Assembly: GCF_028641065.1 (NCBI RefSeq)
Contig: NC_073378.1
Location: forward strand, 13,578,001-13,642,000
Direction: 5' to 3'
Source of the DNA: Leucoraja erinacea
Taxonomy: Eukaryota
DNA length: 64,000 nucleotides
The notes under the pieces were generated by a model, which saw only the letters and a list, made by a program, of their open reading frames with translations, had not been told where the DNA came from and did not search any database. Below are positions 13,490-26,039 of the stretch, piece after piece. Positions within the stretch are counted from its first letter, which is position 1; every line of letters begins with the position of its first letter. Both the position numbers and the translations under genes were made by a program.

Positions 13490-14310
13490 AAACATAGAAA
13501 CATAGAAAATAGGTGCAGGAGTAGGCCATTCGGCCCTTCGAGCCTGCACCGCCATTCAATATGATCATGGCTGATCATCCAACTCAGTATCCTGTACCTG
13601 CCTTCTCTCCATCCAGCCTGATGCCTTTAGCCACAAGGGCCACATCTAACTTCCTCTTAAATATAGCCAATGAACTGGCCTCAACTACATAGAAACATAG
13701 AATCATAGAAATTAGGTGCAGGAGTAGGCCATTCGGCCCTTCGAGCCTGCACCGCCATTCGATATGTTCATGGCTGATCATCCAACTCAGTATCCCGTAC
13801 CTGCCTTCTCTCCATACCCTCTGATCCCCTTAGCCACAAGGGCCACATCTAACTCCCTCTTAAATATAGCCAATAAACTGGCCTCGACTACCTTCTGTGG
13901 CAGAGAGTTCCAGAGATTCACCACTCTCTGTGTGAAAAAAGTTTTCCTCAACTCAGTCCTAAAGGATTTCCCCTTTATCTTTAAACTGTGACCCCTTGTC
14001 CTGGACTTCCCCAACATTGGGAACAATCTTCCTGCATCTAGCCTGTCCAACCCCTTAAGAATTTTGTAAGTTTCTTTAAGATCCCCCCTCAATCTTCTAA
14101 ATTCTAGCGAGTACAAGCCGAGTCTATCCAGTCTTTCTTCATATGAAAGTCCTGATATCCCAGGAATCAGTCTGGTGAACCTTCTCTGTACTCCCTCTAT
14201 GGCAAGAATGTCTTTCCTCAGATTTGGAGACCAAAACTGTACGCAATACTCCAGGTGTGGTCTCACCAATACCCTGTACAATTGCGATAGAACCTCCCTG
14301 CTCCTATCAA
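13490..14310 (-). mobile_element. Tandem CR1 3' ends (~200-bp copy plus ~620-bp copy)
   Basis: Two catagaaa tails at ~13490 and ~13688; ORF 13787..14281 is the ORF2 C-terminus. Confidence 0.9.
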
Positions 14311-15675
14311 ATCGCTATTGCTATGAAACGTTGGGATAGTTCCTGCCTCATCTACCTCCCCTGGCAGCTTGCTCCACTATTCCCCTCTTTACCTACAGAC
14401 GTAATCAGTGGGTCTTTCAGGAGCAGTTGTGCTGTAGCTGGCTCTATAATGAAAAGGAATATAATTGACAGATATAATGAGCTGGGGTTGACTTACTGAT
14501 GGATGGGGATGATGGTTCAATGGCTAACTAAGCTATCCATTCAATTAATATCAGAGATGATTTTTTGCACAGGAATGTTGAAAGGCTGGATATATGTTAA
14601 AAGCACATTGCGATTAACAGATGTTATGAGTGTGATAAGTGGGGATTATAATCAGAGTGAAATATTCGGCAGAGAATCTGCCAGCTATTGTTTCAATTAC
14701 ATGGAAACATAATTGTTTGTAAAAATTTTGGAAGATGTAGGAGATTAGAGAAATCAGCTTCTTTGCCAAAAGTGTTTGTAAAGGGTTGAGAAGAGCAGGG
14801 CTAGAGTTCACCTGATCCTTATCTTTTACTCTCCAGCCTCTGCAGCCAACACATTATTCTCAGACATTTCCACCAGGCCCTTTCTCATAATTTATTTTTC
14901 CCTTCTACTCCACCAGGTTGAAGACTGCTCCTGACCTAAAATGAAATCAATCAAGTTCCCTGCACAGACGCTGCCTGACCCGCTGAGTTCCTCCGACATT
15001 GTTTTTTACTCATGTTTACAGCATCTGCAGTCTCTCGCTTTTCTGCAATAAATGGTTGCTGGATGGTCAGCACTGAGTCAGTGGGTCAAATGGCCTTTTA
15101 TTTTGCTCCAGGACCCATGATTCTATGATAATTGAAGACTATATTTGTGATATCGGCTTTGTTATTGAAAAATTGTTCATGTATAAAATTGGCTTTGCAC
15201 ATGCAAAGGATTGGTCCTGCATGATCCTGTTGGCAGAACAGCAAAACAAACCTCAATATTTATCAAAATAAAGCAGCAAACTCAGTAGAAAGTAGTAGGC
15301 AAGGAGTACTGAAACTCCTGAGCCTAGGGTTGTTGATCTATTCGCTTGGGGACTGGTTGGCCAACATTGGGAGAGACAGAGGGGAAACAGCAGTCAGTTT
15401 AACACAGCTGTAGTCACCAACCATGTATGAAGTTCAAAATTAAAGTTGTGTCAGCAGGACTCAGTGGCGCAAAGGGCCTATTTCCACTCCAAAAACAAAA
15501 TTCACATTGACTGGGCTACACCAAATGCAGTTGTAGCAAAGGTGAAAGGGCCATATCCAAGTGTGCAGCAACCATATGGTAACTTTCAGTCCATAATGAA
15601 CACAACTTTTTTCCTAATTCCCAGGATCTGGCTGTGCACCAGGTGGAATCCAAGTTATTTATGAAACTACATTTG

Positions 15676-16320
15676 ACAATAGACAATAGACAATTGGTGT
15701 AGGAGCAGGCCATTCAGCCCTTCGAGCCAGCACCGCCATTCAATGTGATCATGGCTGATCATCCACAATCAGTACCCCGTTCCTGCCTTCTCCCCATATC
15801 CCCTGACTCCACTATTTTTAAGAGCCCTATCTAGTTCTCTCTTGAAAGCATCCAGAGAACCTGCCTCCACCGCCCTCTGAGGCAGAGAATTCCACATACT
15901 CACCACTCCCTGTGAGAAAAAGTGTTCCCTCGTCTCTGTTCTAAATGGCTTACTCCTTATTCTTAAACTGTGGCCCCTAGTTCTGGACTCCCCCAACATC
16001 GGGAACATGTTTCCTGCCTTTAGCGTGTCCAAGCCCTTAACAATCTTATATGTTTCAATGAGATCCCCTCTCATCCAACTAAACTCCAGAGTGTACAAGC
16101 CCAGCTGCTCCATTCTCTCAGCATATGACAGTCCCGCCATCCCAGGAATTAACCTTGTAAACCTACGCTGCACTCCCTCAATAGCAAGAAGGCCATTCCT
16201 CAAATTACAGGATCAAAACTGCACACAATACTCCAGGTGTGGTCTCACTAGGGCTGTGTACAACTGCAGAAGGACCTCTTTGCCCCTATATTCGATTCCT
16301 CTTGTTATAAAGGCCAGCAT
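15676..16320 (-). mobile_element. CR1 3' portion, (TTGTCTA)n-tail family
   Basis: gacaatagacaatagacaat tail; ORF 15769..16203. Confidence 0.88.
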
Positions 16321-17044
16321 TTGGTGCATGTTTATGTGCAACTGGGCAGTGAGAAGTACCTCACAATGGTACAACCATTACTTAAGTAGCTGTAAAGAGT
16401 CAGATGATCACCAATGATAGCTTAGAACACAATTAATAAAACTTTGCCAGCCGCTGATGACTATCTGAATGACTAAGATAATATTTTGACTGCCTCAGCT
16501 AATCCAGTCCCAATACTCCTTTGCACAGCAAGAAGTACTATATTTCATTTCAACGTAAATGCTAATTGGTTATAATCTGTAAAAGTTAACTTAATGCTTT
16601 GTTAAAGCCAAGAAACCAGTTAATGTTGCAGAATTTCACACTATCCCCAATTCCCCCCCCCCCCCCCCCCCCCCCCCTGAACTAGCAGTGCTAACATCTC
16701 CATTGTTCCATATTCTTAAGAAGAATGGTGAAAGGTGACCTATAACAAAAATAAAAAATTGAAAATAATATCTGCAGAAGGTTTGGCACAGTGATAGAAC
16801 TACTCACTCACAGCACTGGAGACCTGGGTTCAATCCTATCTAATCTCCTTGTGATTGCATGGGTTTTCACCGGGTGTTCCAGTTAACATAGAAACATAGA
16901 AAATAGGTGCAGGAGGAGGCCATTTGGCCCTTTCAGCCAAGACCGCCATTCATTGTGATCATGGCTGATCACCAACAATCAGTAACCCGTGCCTGTCTTC
17001 TCTCCATATCCCTTGATTCCGCTAGCCCCTAGAGCTCTATCTAA

Positions 17045-18055
17045 AGGGGCTGTTCCACTGCGGTGACCTAATCCGCGAGTTAAGAAGAGTGTCTTCAAAC
17101 TTCAAGCTTGAGGGCACTCGCCTGGTAAACCTCGAGCTGGGTCGACCGTCCACATTGAAACCGCGAGNNNNNNNNNNNNNNNNNNNNNNNNNNNNNNNNN
17201 NNNNNNNNNNNNNNNNNNNNNNNNNNNNNNNNNNNNNNNNNNNNNNNNNNNNNNNNNNNNNNNNNNNNNNNNNNNNNNNNNNNNNNNNNNNNNNNNNNNN
17301 NNNNNNNNNNNNNNNNNNNNNNNNNNNNNNNNNNNNNNNNNNNNNNNNNNNNNNNNNNNNNNNNNNNNNNNNNNNNNNNNNNNNNNNNNNNNNNNNNNNN
17401 NNNNNNNNNNNNNNNNNNNNNNNNNNNNNNNNNNNNNNNNNNNNNNNNNNNNNNNNNNNNNNNNNNNNNNNNAAAGTGGGGGAGCGCTGTCTGAAATTCA
17501 CACCGACGATGAAGAGGAAGGTTAAAGATGGCTGCACAGTGTATGTCCTTTAGAGAACGTGGAGAGGAGCGGGGGGTGGGGGAGGGGAGAGAAGGGGAGA
17601 GAAAGGGAGAGAAGGGAGAGAAGGGGGAAGAGGGGGGTAGAAGGAGAGACATTTTTAAGAAGTATTATAACGTTTAGCGGGCATTTTACCTACCGGTCGG
17701 TTTTCCCTAGTCCTGAAAATTCCAATGAGCCAATCAAAATGCCTGGTCAGCGAAGAAGATTGCCTATGGCTGCCCTCAACTGCTTGTAACTAAATAGCGA
17801 CCCCACTCCACTACACTATGATTTAAAAGAACCATGCCGACCCAATGTTACTCGCCGAAAATGTTTCAACATGCTGAAAATGTTTCCGCGACCTTGCTGA
17901 AGCTGCGTGTATTTGTGAACTTCCCTCGAGCATGAGGAGAGTTCCAGTGATCTCATAGGACCTCCTAGGACTATGTGTCGACCATGCTGCGAGTTTGAGT
18001 CGAGGGCAAACTCGTCTAAACTCGCAGATTAGCTCGCCGAAGTGGGACAGTCACT
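17045..18055. mobile_element. PIF/Harbinger-like non-autonomous DNA transposon (contains assembly gap)
   Basis: Imperfect ~40-bp TIRs AGGGGCTGTTCCACTGCGGTGACCTAATCCGCGAGTT / ...AACTCGCAGATTAGCTCGCCGAAGTGGGACAGTCACTT; inserted after a TAA in a CR1 3' end. Confidence 0.65.
17168..17472. other. Assembly gap (305 N)
   Basis: Run of N. Confidence 1.
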
Positions 18056-19984
18056 TTCCTCTCTATTAAATTAATCCAGTGAATTGGCCTCTACTGCCTT
18101 CTGTGGCAGAGAATTCCACAAATTCACAACTCTCTGGGTGATTCATAACTCTCTGGGTGTTTCTCCTACATTCCAAAGATGTACAGGTTTGTAGGTTAAT
18201 TGGCTTCTGTAAATTGCCCCCAGTGTGCAGGATGCATTAGTGTTAGGATTAGTTACATAAAGCTAATGTATGGGTGATTGATGGCTGGCGTGGTCTTGGT
18301 GGGCCGAAGGGCCTCTTTCCATTGTGTATCCCTAAACTAAACTGGAAAACTGAAGGAGCTGAAACAGCTAGAAAATAAATTGTTTAAAGAACCTTAAATG
18401 CAGGTTCACCAGCGTACAGAGAAAATGGCGAAACAACCATGCAGTGCTTGACGTTACAGCAATGGCACTGTCATCAATTATATAAAACTCTATCCCTTTA
18501 GATCACTGAATCATTTGTATTTAAAGTCTAGAACAGTTACAGTATGTTGTAAATTTTAATTTCAACCTTCATAAATTCATTTAGTTTGAGGATAAGAGTC
18601 AGGAGGTCAGGATGCAACTTCATAGGACTTTGGATAGGCTGCATTTGGAGTACTGCGTGCAGTCTGGTTGCCCACCTCATTACAGGAAGGATGTGGAGGC
18701 TTGAAAGGCTGCACAGGAGGTTTACCAGAATGATGCCTGTATCAGGGGGTATTAGGTACAGGGAGAGGTTGGACAGACTTGGCGTGTCGGGAGGAACTGC
18801 GGATGCTGGTTTAAATCAAAGATAGACATAAAATGCTGGATTAACTCATCTCAGGTAGCATCTCTGGAGAGTAGGAATGGAGGGCATGGCTGTAGGTGAG
18901 AGGGGGAAAGTTTAATGGAGACAGAGGGTGGTGAATGCCTGAAATTTGCTGGTTTAAGCGACATTTGGATAGGCATATGGACATGCAGGGAATCGAGGGA
19001 AATGTGCTGGTAGATAAGAGATAGTCTTGGCATCTGGTTCAGCACTGTCATCATGAGTCAAAGGGTCTGGTCTTGTGCTGTACTGTTTCTTGTTCATAGT
19101 GGTAAACTTTAATTTTGAAATGATGATTTAGTTTCAGCAAATGTCTATGGGTCTATTGGAAGCACTTTGGGATTGAAGTAATACATTGAAGTAATACAGT
19201 GAATGGCGGTGCTGGCTCGAAGGGTCGAATGGCCTACTCCTGCACCTATTGTCTACTATCTATTGTCTATTTCTTCTTTTGAAGAAAAATAAAATAAATT
19301 ATTCTTTGATAATTTATTCAGGAAAATAAATTATTGCTGGTCAACTGAGCCAAATGTTTAATGATTTAACATCAAAAGTATAATTATTAGGACATTATCA
19401 CTGTATTGTGAAATTTGTCCTGTCCAAATTAGCTTTAGAGCTTCCGAGTTTATAACAGTGACTGCAAAGTACATTGGGGACATTTGAAATCATGCAAGGA
19501 ACCATATAAATACAATATTTGCATTGAAATAAAGAGGGGGGAATCCTTTTGTGATCTAGATTTTGGCAAATTGGCTGAAGCAAAGTCAGTATCATTGTTG
19601 AAACTAAGAAATTAGAGACTGTTGCAGAGTTACTAATTGAATACTATCCCAAGTTTGGACCTATTTTGACTAATAAAAAATCTGAATTGAATCCATTGTG
19701 TGTCTAAAGCAGCACACTGCCCAGAATAATGCCAGAGGAGACAGCCTATAGTTGGGCCACCCCGCTTCAAGTTAAATGCAGGATGCACTGCTGTCATCAA
19801 TAATCTTGGTCTGAGATGCACATGTTCCGATTATTTTCTCTTGGTTCTGCTGCAGTTCCATGCGAAAATATGCATCAGTGAAGCAGACATTGCTGGAGAA
19901 AAAACACACTAAGTGCTGGAGTAACTCAGTGGGTCCGGCATCATCTTTGGAGAACATGGACTCGTGATGTTTCAGGATGGGGTC

Positions 19985-20397
19985 TTAATTCTTTGGAGCG
20001 CAGAAGGTTAAGGGGGGACTTGATAGAGGTCCTTAAAATGATGAGAGGGATAGACAGAGTTGACGTGGATAAGCTTTTCCCACTGAGAGTAGGGAAGATT
20101 CAAACAAGGGGACATGATTTGAGAATTAAGGGACAGAAGTTTAGGGGGTAACATGAGGGGGAACTTCTTTACTCAGAGAGTGGTAGCTGTGTGGAATTAG
20201 CTTCCAGTGGAAGTAGTGGAGGCAGGTTCGATCTTATAATTTAAAAATAAATTGGACAGTTATATGGACGGGAAAGGAATGGAGGGTTATGGTCTGAGCG
20301 CAGGTAGATGGGACTAGGGGAGAATAAGTGTTCGGCACGGACTAGAAGGGCCGAGATGGCCTGTTTCCGTGCTGTAATTGTTATATGGTTATATGGT
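19985..20397 (+). mobile_element. CR1 3' fragment (TATATGGT family) inserted between arms of a Penelope-like hairpin
   Basis: Tail gttatatggttatatggtt; gctggagtaactcag... on the left and ...ctactccaacacttagtg on the right are inverted Penelope-type arms. Confidence 0.8.
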
Positions 20398-21884
20398 TCT
20401 GCAGATTCCATAGATGCTGCCTGACCGGCTAAGCTACTCCAACACTTAGTGTCATTTTTTGTAAACCAGCACCTGCAGCTCCTTGTTTTTACAGGTTGCT
20501 GGAGAACCCTGATTTACGTATTAGCACGCTCATATATTTGATTCAAACCAGCGGCATCAAACACCCAGCAAGAACCCACGATGAAAATGGCAGCAGCACG
20601 CCACTCTACTGGCAGTGTGCTAAGCACAATACCATTTTGAAGCCATTACTGGCCTGTTAACACCAATTCTGGCAAGTTAAGATTGACCTCAAAAACATTA
20701 CAAAAGCAGAATGGAAATGTGTTTAAACCAGTGGTGAACAGCAGTCAAATGATGCGATGATCTCACGCTATAAACTATATTTAGTATCAATATAATCACA
20801 GAAAATAAAGTCTAGCCACATTCTTGCCATCTGTTCCCTCAAAACAGGAATCTGCCCCATCTGTACTCCAGCGTCTGATTTATTTATCTTTTTTTTTTAA
20901 AAGTTTCTTTAAGCAATATTCTGAAAAAAAAAGCAGCATTTTCACAAAATGGATTAGTTTATGCTTCACAACCTGCTTCCTGTCTATTCCTGCATGTGTT
21001 AAACTTCAGAGAAGCAGTAAGAAATTCATGGAAAATCTCTTCAATCCTTAACAGAAGTGCACTGTACTCTCCAGCTCTACAAAGTCCATGTGGCCGAGAG
21101 CCAGGCTGCTTTTTTTTTTTTTCCAAGCTGCAGATATAATGACCCGACTTTTAGAAGGGTTTGCGGAAAGCTGGTGCCATGTTAGCCAGGTGGATAGGAG
21201 TTGAAGTGCAAATCCATAACTTGAGCCTCAAAAATGTTTCGCAAAATACGATGAAATAAATTCCACAGAATTCTCCAAAGGCTACAATCTTTGTGAACTC
21301 TCATATAAAGGCTCCCAATGTTATATACCATAGCTGTAAAATGAGAGCGGGAAACCACAAAGCAAAGAGGTATAGACTTTATTTTGAGCAAGTTACAAAT
21401 TAAGTTACTCTATTGTAAAACAGTTCTCCGCAATTTGCAATCGTCTCATATCAACAAGCATGCTGGAGTGTGAGATGGCATGGGATGAGCACTAAGTGGA
21501 ACACAGCAATTCTCTGCCATGCAGAACGAGCCATATTTGGAGCTTCATGGCGATGGATGTTTCATCTTGGCTTGTTCCTCTGATGAGCTCAAGTGATGAT
21601 GAGGTGCTCCTAAAGTTACTGGCACACTCCCAGCTGTTGCATCAGGGTGGAGATAAAGAATATTGACAGCTGGTTCTTTTACGAAAATGAGAAACTGGGG
21701 TTGGAACAGCCCACGGGATTACTCAAACCCAATTCACCATTTAAAGTGATCATGGCTCATCTTCCATCTCAAACTAACTTTCCCACTTTATCCCCATATC
21801 TCTTCACTTTTTTTCATACCCAATTTCACTGGTAGAATGTACATGGCCTAAGAAAACCAGAGGAAAGAGATTAATGATTCTCTA

Positions 21885-22255
21885 ATAGACAATAGACAAT
21901 AGGTGCAGGACTAGGCCATTCGGCCCTTCGAGCCAGCACCGCCATTCAATGTGATCATGGCTGAAAATCCACAATCAGTACCCCGTTCCTGCCTTCTCCC
22001 CATATCCCCTGACTCTGCTATCTTTAAGAGCCCTATCAAGCTCTCTCTTGAAAATATCCAGAGAACCGGCCTCCACCGCCCGCTGAGGCAGAGAATTCCA
22101 CAGACTCACAACTCTCTGTGTGAAAAAAGACCATAAGACATTGGAGCAGAAATAGGCCATTCAGCCCATCAAGTTTACTCCACTCCATTCAATGTAATCA
22201 TGGCTGATCCATTTTTCCCTCTTAACCCCATTCTCCTGCTTTCTCCCCGTAACCT
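21885..22255 (-). mobile_element. Two adjacent CR1 3' ends (TTGTCTA family and another family)
   Basis: tagacaatagacaatag tail and ORF 21975..22160; second 3' end starts cataagacattggagcag. Confidence 0.8.
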
Positions 22256-22647
22256 CTTGCTTGCCACCTTTTCTTCTTTAGTAAAATAAGTAGGGTAAGA
22301 TTGAGCATTACACTTGATCTACCTGCCCAGAGACCTGGGTGACAGCTTTGCCCCAGCTGATATGTGCAGAATACTGGTGAGCTCCAAGCCACCAGTCACA
22401 GACTGCTCACAGGCCATTGGGGAAAGGAGGGGGTAGCGGAGGGTGATTTGAGGGGCATTGGTGGTGAAAAATTGGTGTTGGGAGAAAGAGCAGAATGGAG
22501 CCAGGTTGAAGGAGGTGAAACCATCATTAACAAAAGGGTGATACAAGGAACTGAGGATGTCGGTTTACAAAAAAAGACACAAAATGCTGGAGTAACTCAG
22601 CAGGTCTGCCAGTATCTCTGAAGAATACGGAAAGGTGTCCGTTTGGG

Positions 22648-22956
22648 CTCAAACAAGAGGACATGACTTCAGAATTAAGGGACAGAAGTTTAGGGGTAAT
22701 ATGAGGGGGAACTTCTTTACTCAGAGTGTGGTGGCGGTGTGGAATGAGCTCCCAGTGGAAGTGGTGGAGGCAGGTTCATTGGTATCATTTAAAAATAAAT
22801 TGGATAGGCATATGGATGAGAAGGGAATGGAGGGTTATGGTATTATTGCAGGCAGGTGGTACTAAGGGGAAAAAAAACATTTGTTCGGCATGGACTTGTA
22901 GGGCCGAGATGGCCTGTTTCCGTGCTGTAATTGTTATATGGTTATATGGTTATATG
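22648..22956 (+). mobile_element. CR1 3' fragment (TATATGGT family) inside a Penelope-like hairpin (~22546-23080)
   Basis: ORF 22635..22865; flanking inverted arms gctggagtaactcagc / gctgagttaatccagc. Confidence 0.8.
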
Positions 22957-24214
22957 GGTGGGGATCTTTCTTCAGACTGAGTCTGAGATCTGAAGAAGGG
23001 TCCCTACCTCAAATGTCACTCATGTTCTCCAGAGTTGTCGCCTGACCCGCTGAGTTAATCCAGCACTTTGTGTTCTTTTTTAATCAAGGATAAGTTCCTG
23101 GGCTGCCTGCAACGGGCAAAAGTTTTGCAAGGAACAAGTGGTTGCCTGTTTTTAGGTAGACCTGCAGCGATCCCTATAGGAACTTCTGGTGAGGTTGTTC
23201 CATGACAAGTTTCATAGGACGATCCGTGCTAAGTATGTCCATCGGTGCCCCAATTCTCACACTACACTTAGGTTCCCACATGAACGTCATTGTGGAGCAG
23301 TCCCAAAAGAGAGTTCTGGCAGAGGAACCGCGGTCAGGAATGGGGGATGTAACTTCAGCCATCTGATTTCCAAATTGTTCCCATCTTTTCCAGCCTGTCA
23401 GGAATGTTGAAAGTCAGGCCCAGAAATGTTATTTTCCAGATTCGGAGCTGCACTGCTGGCCTCTAGTGGCAGAAAGACAGCTCAAAGTTTACTATATAAC
23501 TTTCATTAGGTGAGATTCTGGGAATCTTCAGGATTCAAATTCCACAATTTAGCCAGTGGTCTTTGTTATTCCAGTAAAATCAGTCATGTTTTGTAATGAA
23601 ATCTTATCTTATATATCGCAGAATGAATCGCGGTGGGGGGGGGGGGGGGAATAAAGGATTTGGTTACAAACAGCACCGTTTCACGTACAAACATAGGGGC
23701 TTTATTTAGAACTGTAAAAAGCTTGGCTCATTCACAAGAAAACAACGCCTCATATGGCTTAGAAATGCATACATTTGCAAATTCCATTATGCATGAAGAC
23801 ATAAAGGGCACTTTACAATGAGGGTCAATGTTGAAGTGACATTTAGAAGTCATGAAAGCCAACACCAGTACATCCTAAAGGGATTGCACAGTCAGTGCTG
23901 CCAATTATTAAACACCATCAGCATTTCAACTATGATAAAAAGCAGCACGGCTGTACTTCACTTCCAGTGTGATATGTTGCCCCAGATAGTTATCTGTTGA
24001 CAGCCAGGCCTTCAGGGAAGGTAAAGACCACACACTCCAGTTTCTCAACTCAGGCAAGCAGCATTATCCATGTTTAGAAGATATTTAGTGGAAATTATGT
24101 AACTTGGTACCATGGTTTGGCTTCAGCCTATTTATTTTTCTGGTGCAATTGAAAGAATGATGTAAATGTTAAAAAATAAACCTATCCACAGCTTTTCAAC
24201 TCCTTGGACACTAA

Positions 24215-24904
24215 AGAGCCTGTCCCACTTACGTGTCCTTGGCATGCAAATTACACGACCTCGTGGCCGCGTTGAGGCGCACGGCATCATATGGCCACGC
24301 GGGGCCGGTCCCACTGAGAAGCGCGGAGGGGTATGTAGTTGTGCACGACATTACGCGCGGGGCTCCGAAATCTTTGTAGCGAACGAAATCTTCGCGCGCC
24401 AACGGCCTGTCGCGGAACTGACGGCCAAAGTGGGACAGGCCCAAGACCCTGGCGCGACGCAACGTCTCACCTTCAACAGCAGCAGAAGCGGGTAAACGAT
24501 CGCCGAACTCGGCCTGAGGCTCACGGCCATTGTGGTCCGGATCCGCCCCCACTACAACTCCCAGAGCGGGGCCAAGAAAATGAAGACACAAAATGCTGGA
24601 GTAACTCAGCGGGACCGGTAGCATCTCTGGAGAGAAGCAATGGGTGATGTTTCGGGTCAAGACCCTTCTTTCAGATTGAAGAAGGGTCTCGACACGAAAC
24701 ATCACCCATTCCTTCTCTCCAGAGATGCAGCCGGTCCCGCTGAGTTACTCCAGCTTTGTGTCCATCTTCAAACGACGTCACGCGCTCCAGACGGCTGTGC
24801 CTTCGAATGAAGTCGCGCACGACCTTCACAGGACCGTTGCGGCTCAACGCGACCACGAGGTCGTGTAATTTGTGTGCCAAGGACACGTAAGTGGGACAGG
24901 CCTT
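24215..24904. mobile_element. PIF/Harbinger-like MITE with ~60-bp TIRs and TAA target duplication
   Basis: TAA|AGAGCCTGTCCCACTTACGTGTCCTTGGC... and ...GCCAAGGACACGTAAGTGGGACAGGCCTT|TAA; CpG-rich; carries a Penelope-like hairpin at ~24582-24769. Confidence 0.8.
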
Positions 24905-26039
24905 TAACTCAACCTACACTCCTCTATTTAGTTCAGTTTAGGTTTGTTACTGTCATGTGTACCATGGTACAGTGAAAAGATTTCTTTTGCATGCTACAAA
25001 TCAAATCAGATAATAGCAAACTGCAGATAAATCAGATAATACTATGCAGTAGTTACTCTGCGATTCACACAGTGAACAGACATTATCAATCTAACTTTGC
25101 TAATGCTCCACTAATCTAAGCAGATATTTGCCATAAACCACAGCTGTCACTTTTGAGCATCTTACACAATGCATACATCATGCTTCAACACACAAAATAA
25201 ATATATCGAGTAGCTTCTAGTTACCACAATTTATATGAAATTTGCCAAATTGTTCAGCACTTAAAGAGCTAAACATTTGATTATCATGGTTTCAAAAAGG
25301 CTGCAAATGAGAAACTGTAAGATGATAACATTTGAACAACTGTATTAATGCCCACACACTCAATAGGGCTTACAAGAGTCAAAAATAATCAGATAATCCT
25401 CAGTGAAAATACAGTGAGATTAAAGTGGAACGTCAAAATATTGTATTTCAAGCCAATTGCTCTTCACTAACAACGTATCATGTTACAGGAGCTTTGAAAA
25501 CATTGTTACAACTTAATTTGCTTGTTTCAGTTTAAATTAGAAACAAAATATAATACAGGAAGTGTAATTTATTTTGCAAATTGAGGGGAACAGAAATGTT
25601 TTGTGAAGGAAAGTCTTTGTTGTTACTTGGAATAGAAATAACTTGGTTGTATAATGAATTTAAAATAACCGACCAGAAATATGATCATATGTTTCTACAA
25701 CTCCAAGGCACCCAACAACTTTTTAAGTGTTTGGGAACCATTTATCAACCATCTCAAAGACCAATAATTTCATAATTTCATATTATCTGTAGTGATGTAG
25801 TCCTGTGCTCTTGCAATGCCCGACTGTGTAGCACCAAGTGGATTGCACCAATACTGTTCTGTCTGGCGGATTTTTTCTGTTGCCTTTTGTTTCTTTTTTT
25901 TTCTTTCTCTTTTTTGTTTTGTTGTGTCAAATAAAACATTGAAAAAAAAAGAAATATGATCATACCACACCACTTGAGTGCCATCGTCCCAAACCTCTCT
26001 AGAACATTCAATTGAATAGCAAGATCTAAATTAAATTAA

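Larger units (their letters stand above)
16783..18345 (+). mobile_element. V-SINE (HE1-like) split by nested CR1 and MITE insertions
   Basis: tRNA-like head with ggttcaatcc B-box and V-domain (gcatgggttttcaccgggtgttccagtt) to ~16884; resumes at ~18159 (tttctcctacattccaaagat...) and ends ctaaactaaa. Confidence 0.7.

Noticed and set aside
13490-13790. Recurrent identical sequences resembling a CRISPR or functional array
   Set aside because: They are CR1 3' ends and 8-bp tail repeats in a vertebrate genome; no repeat-spacer structure.
17037-17652. Three long ORFs
   Set aside because: Artefacts of the N gap.
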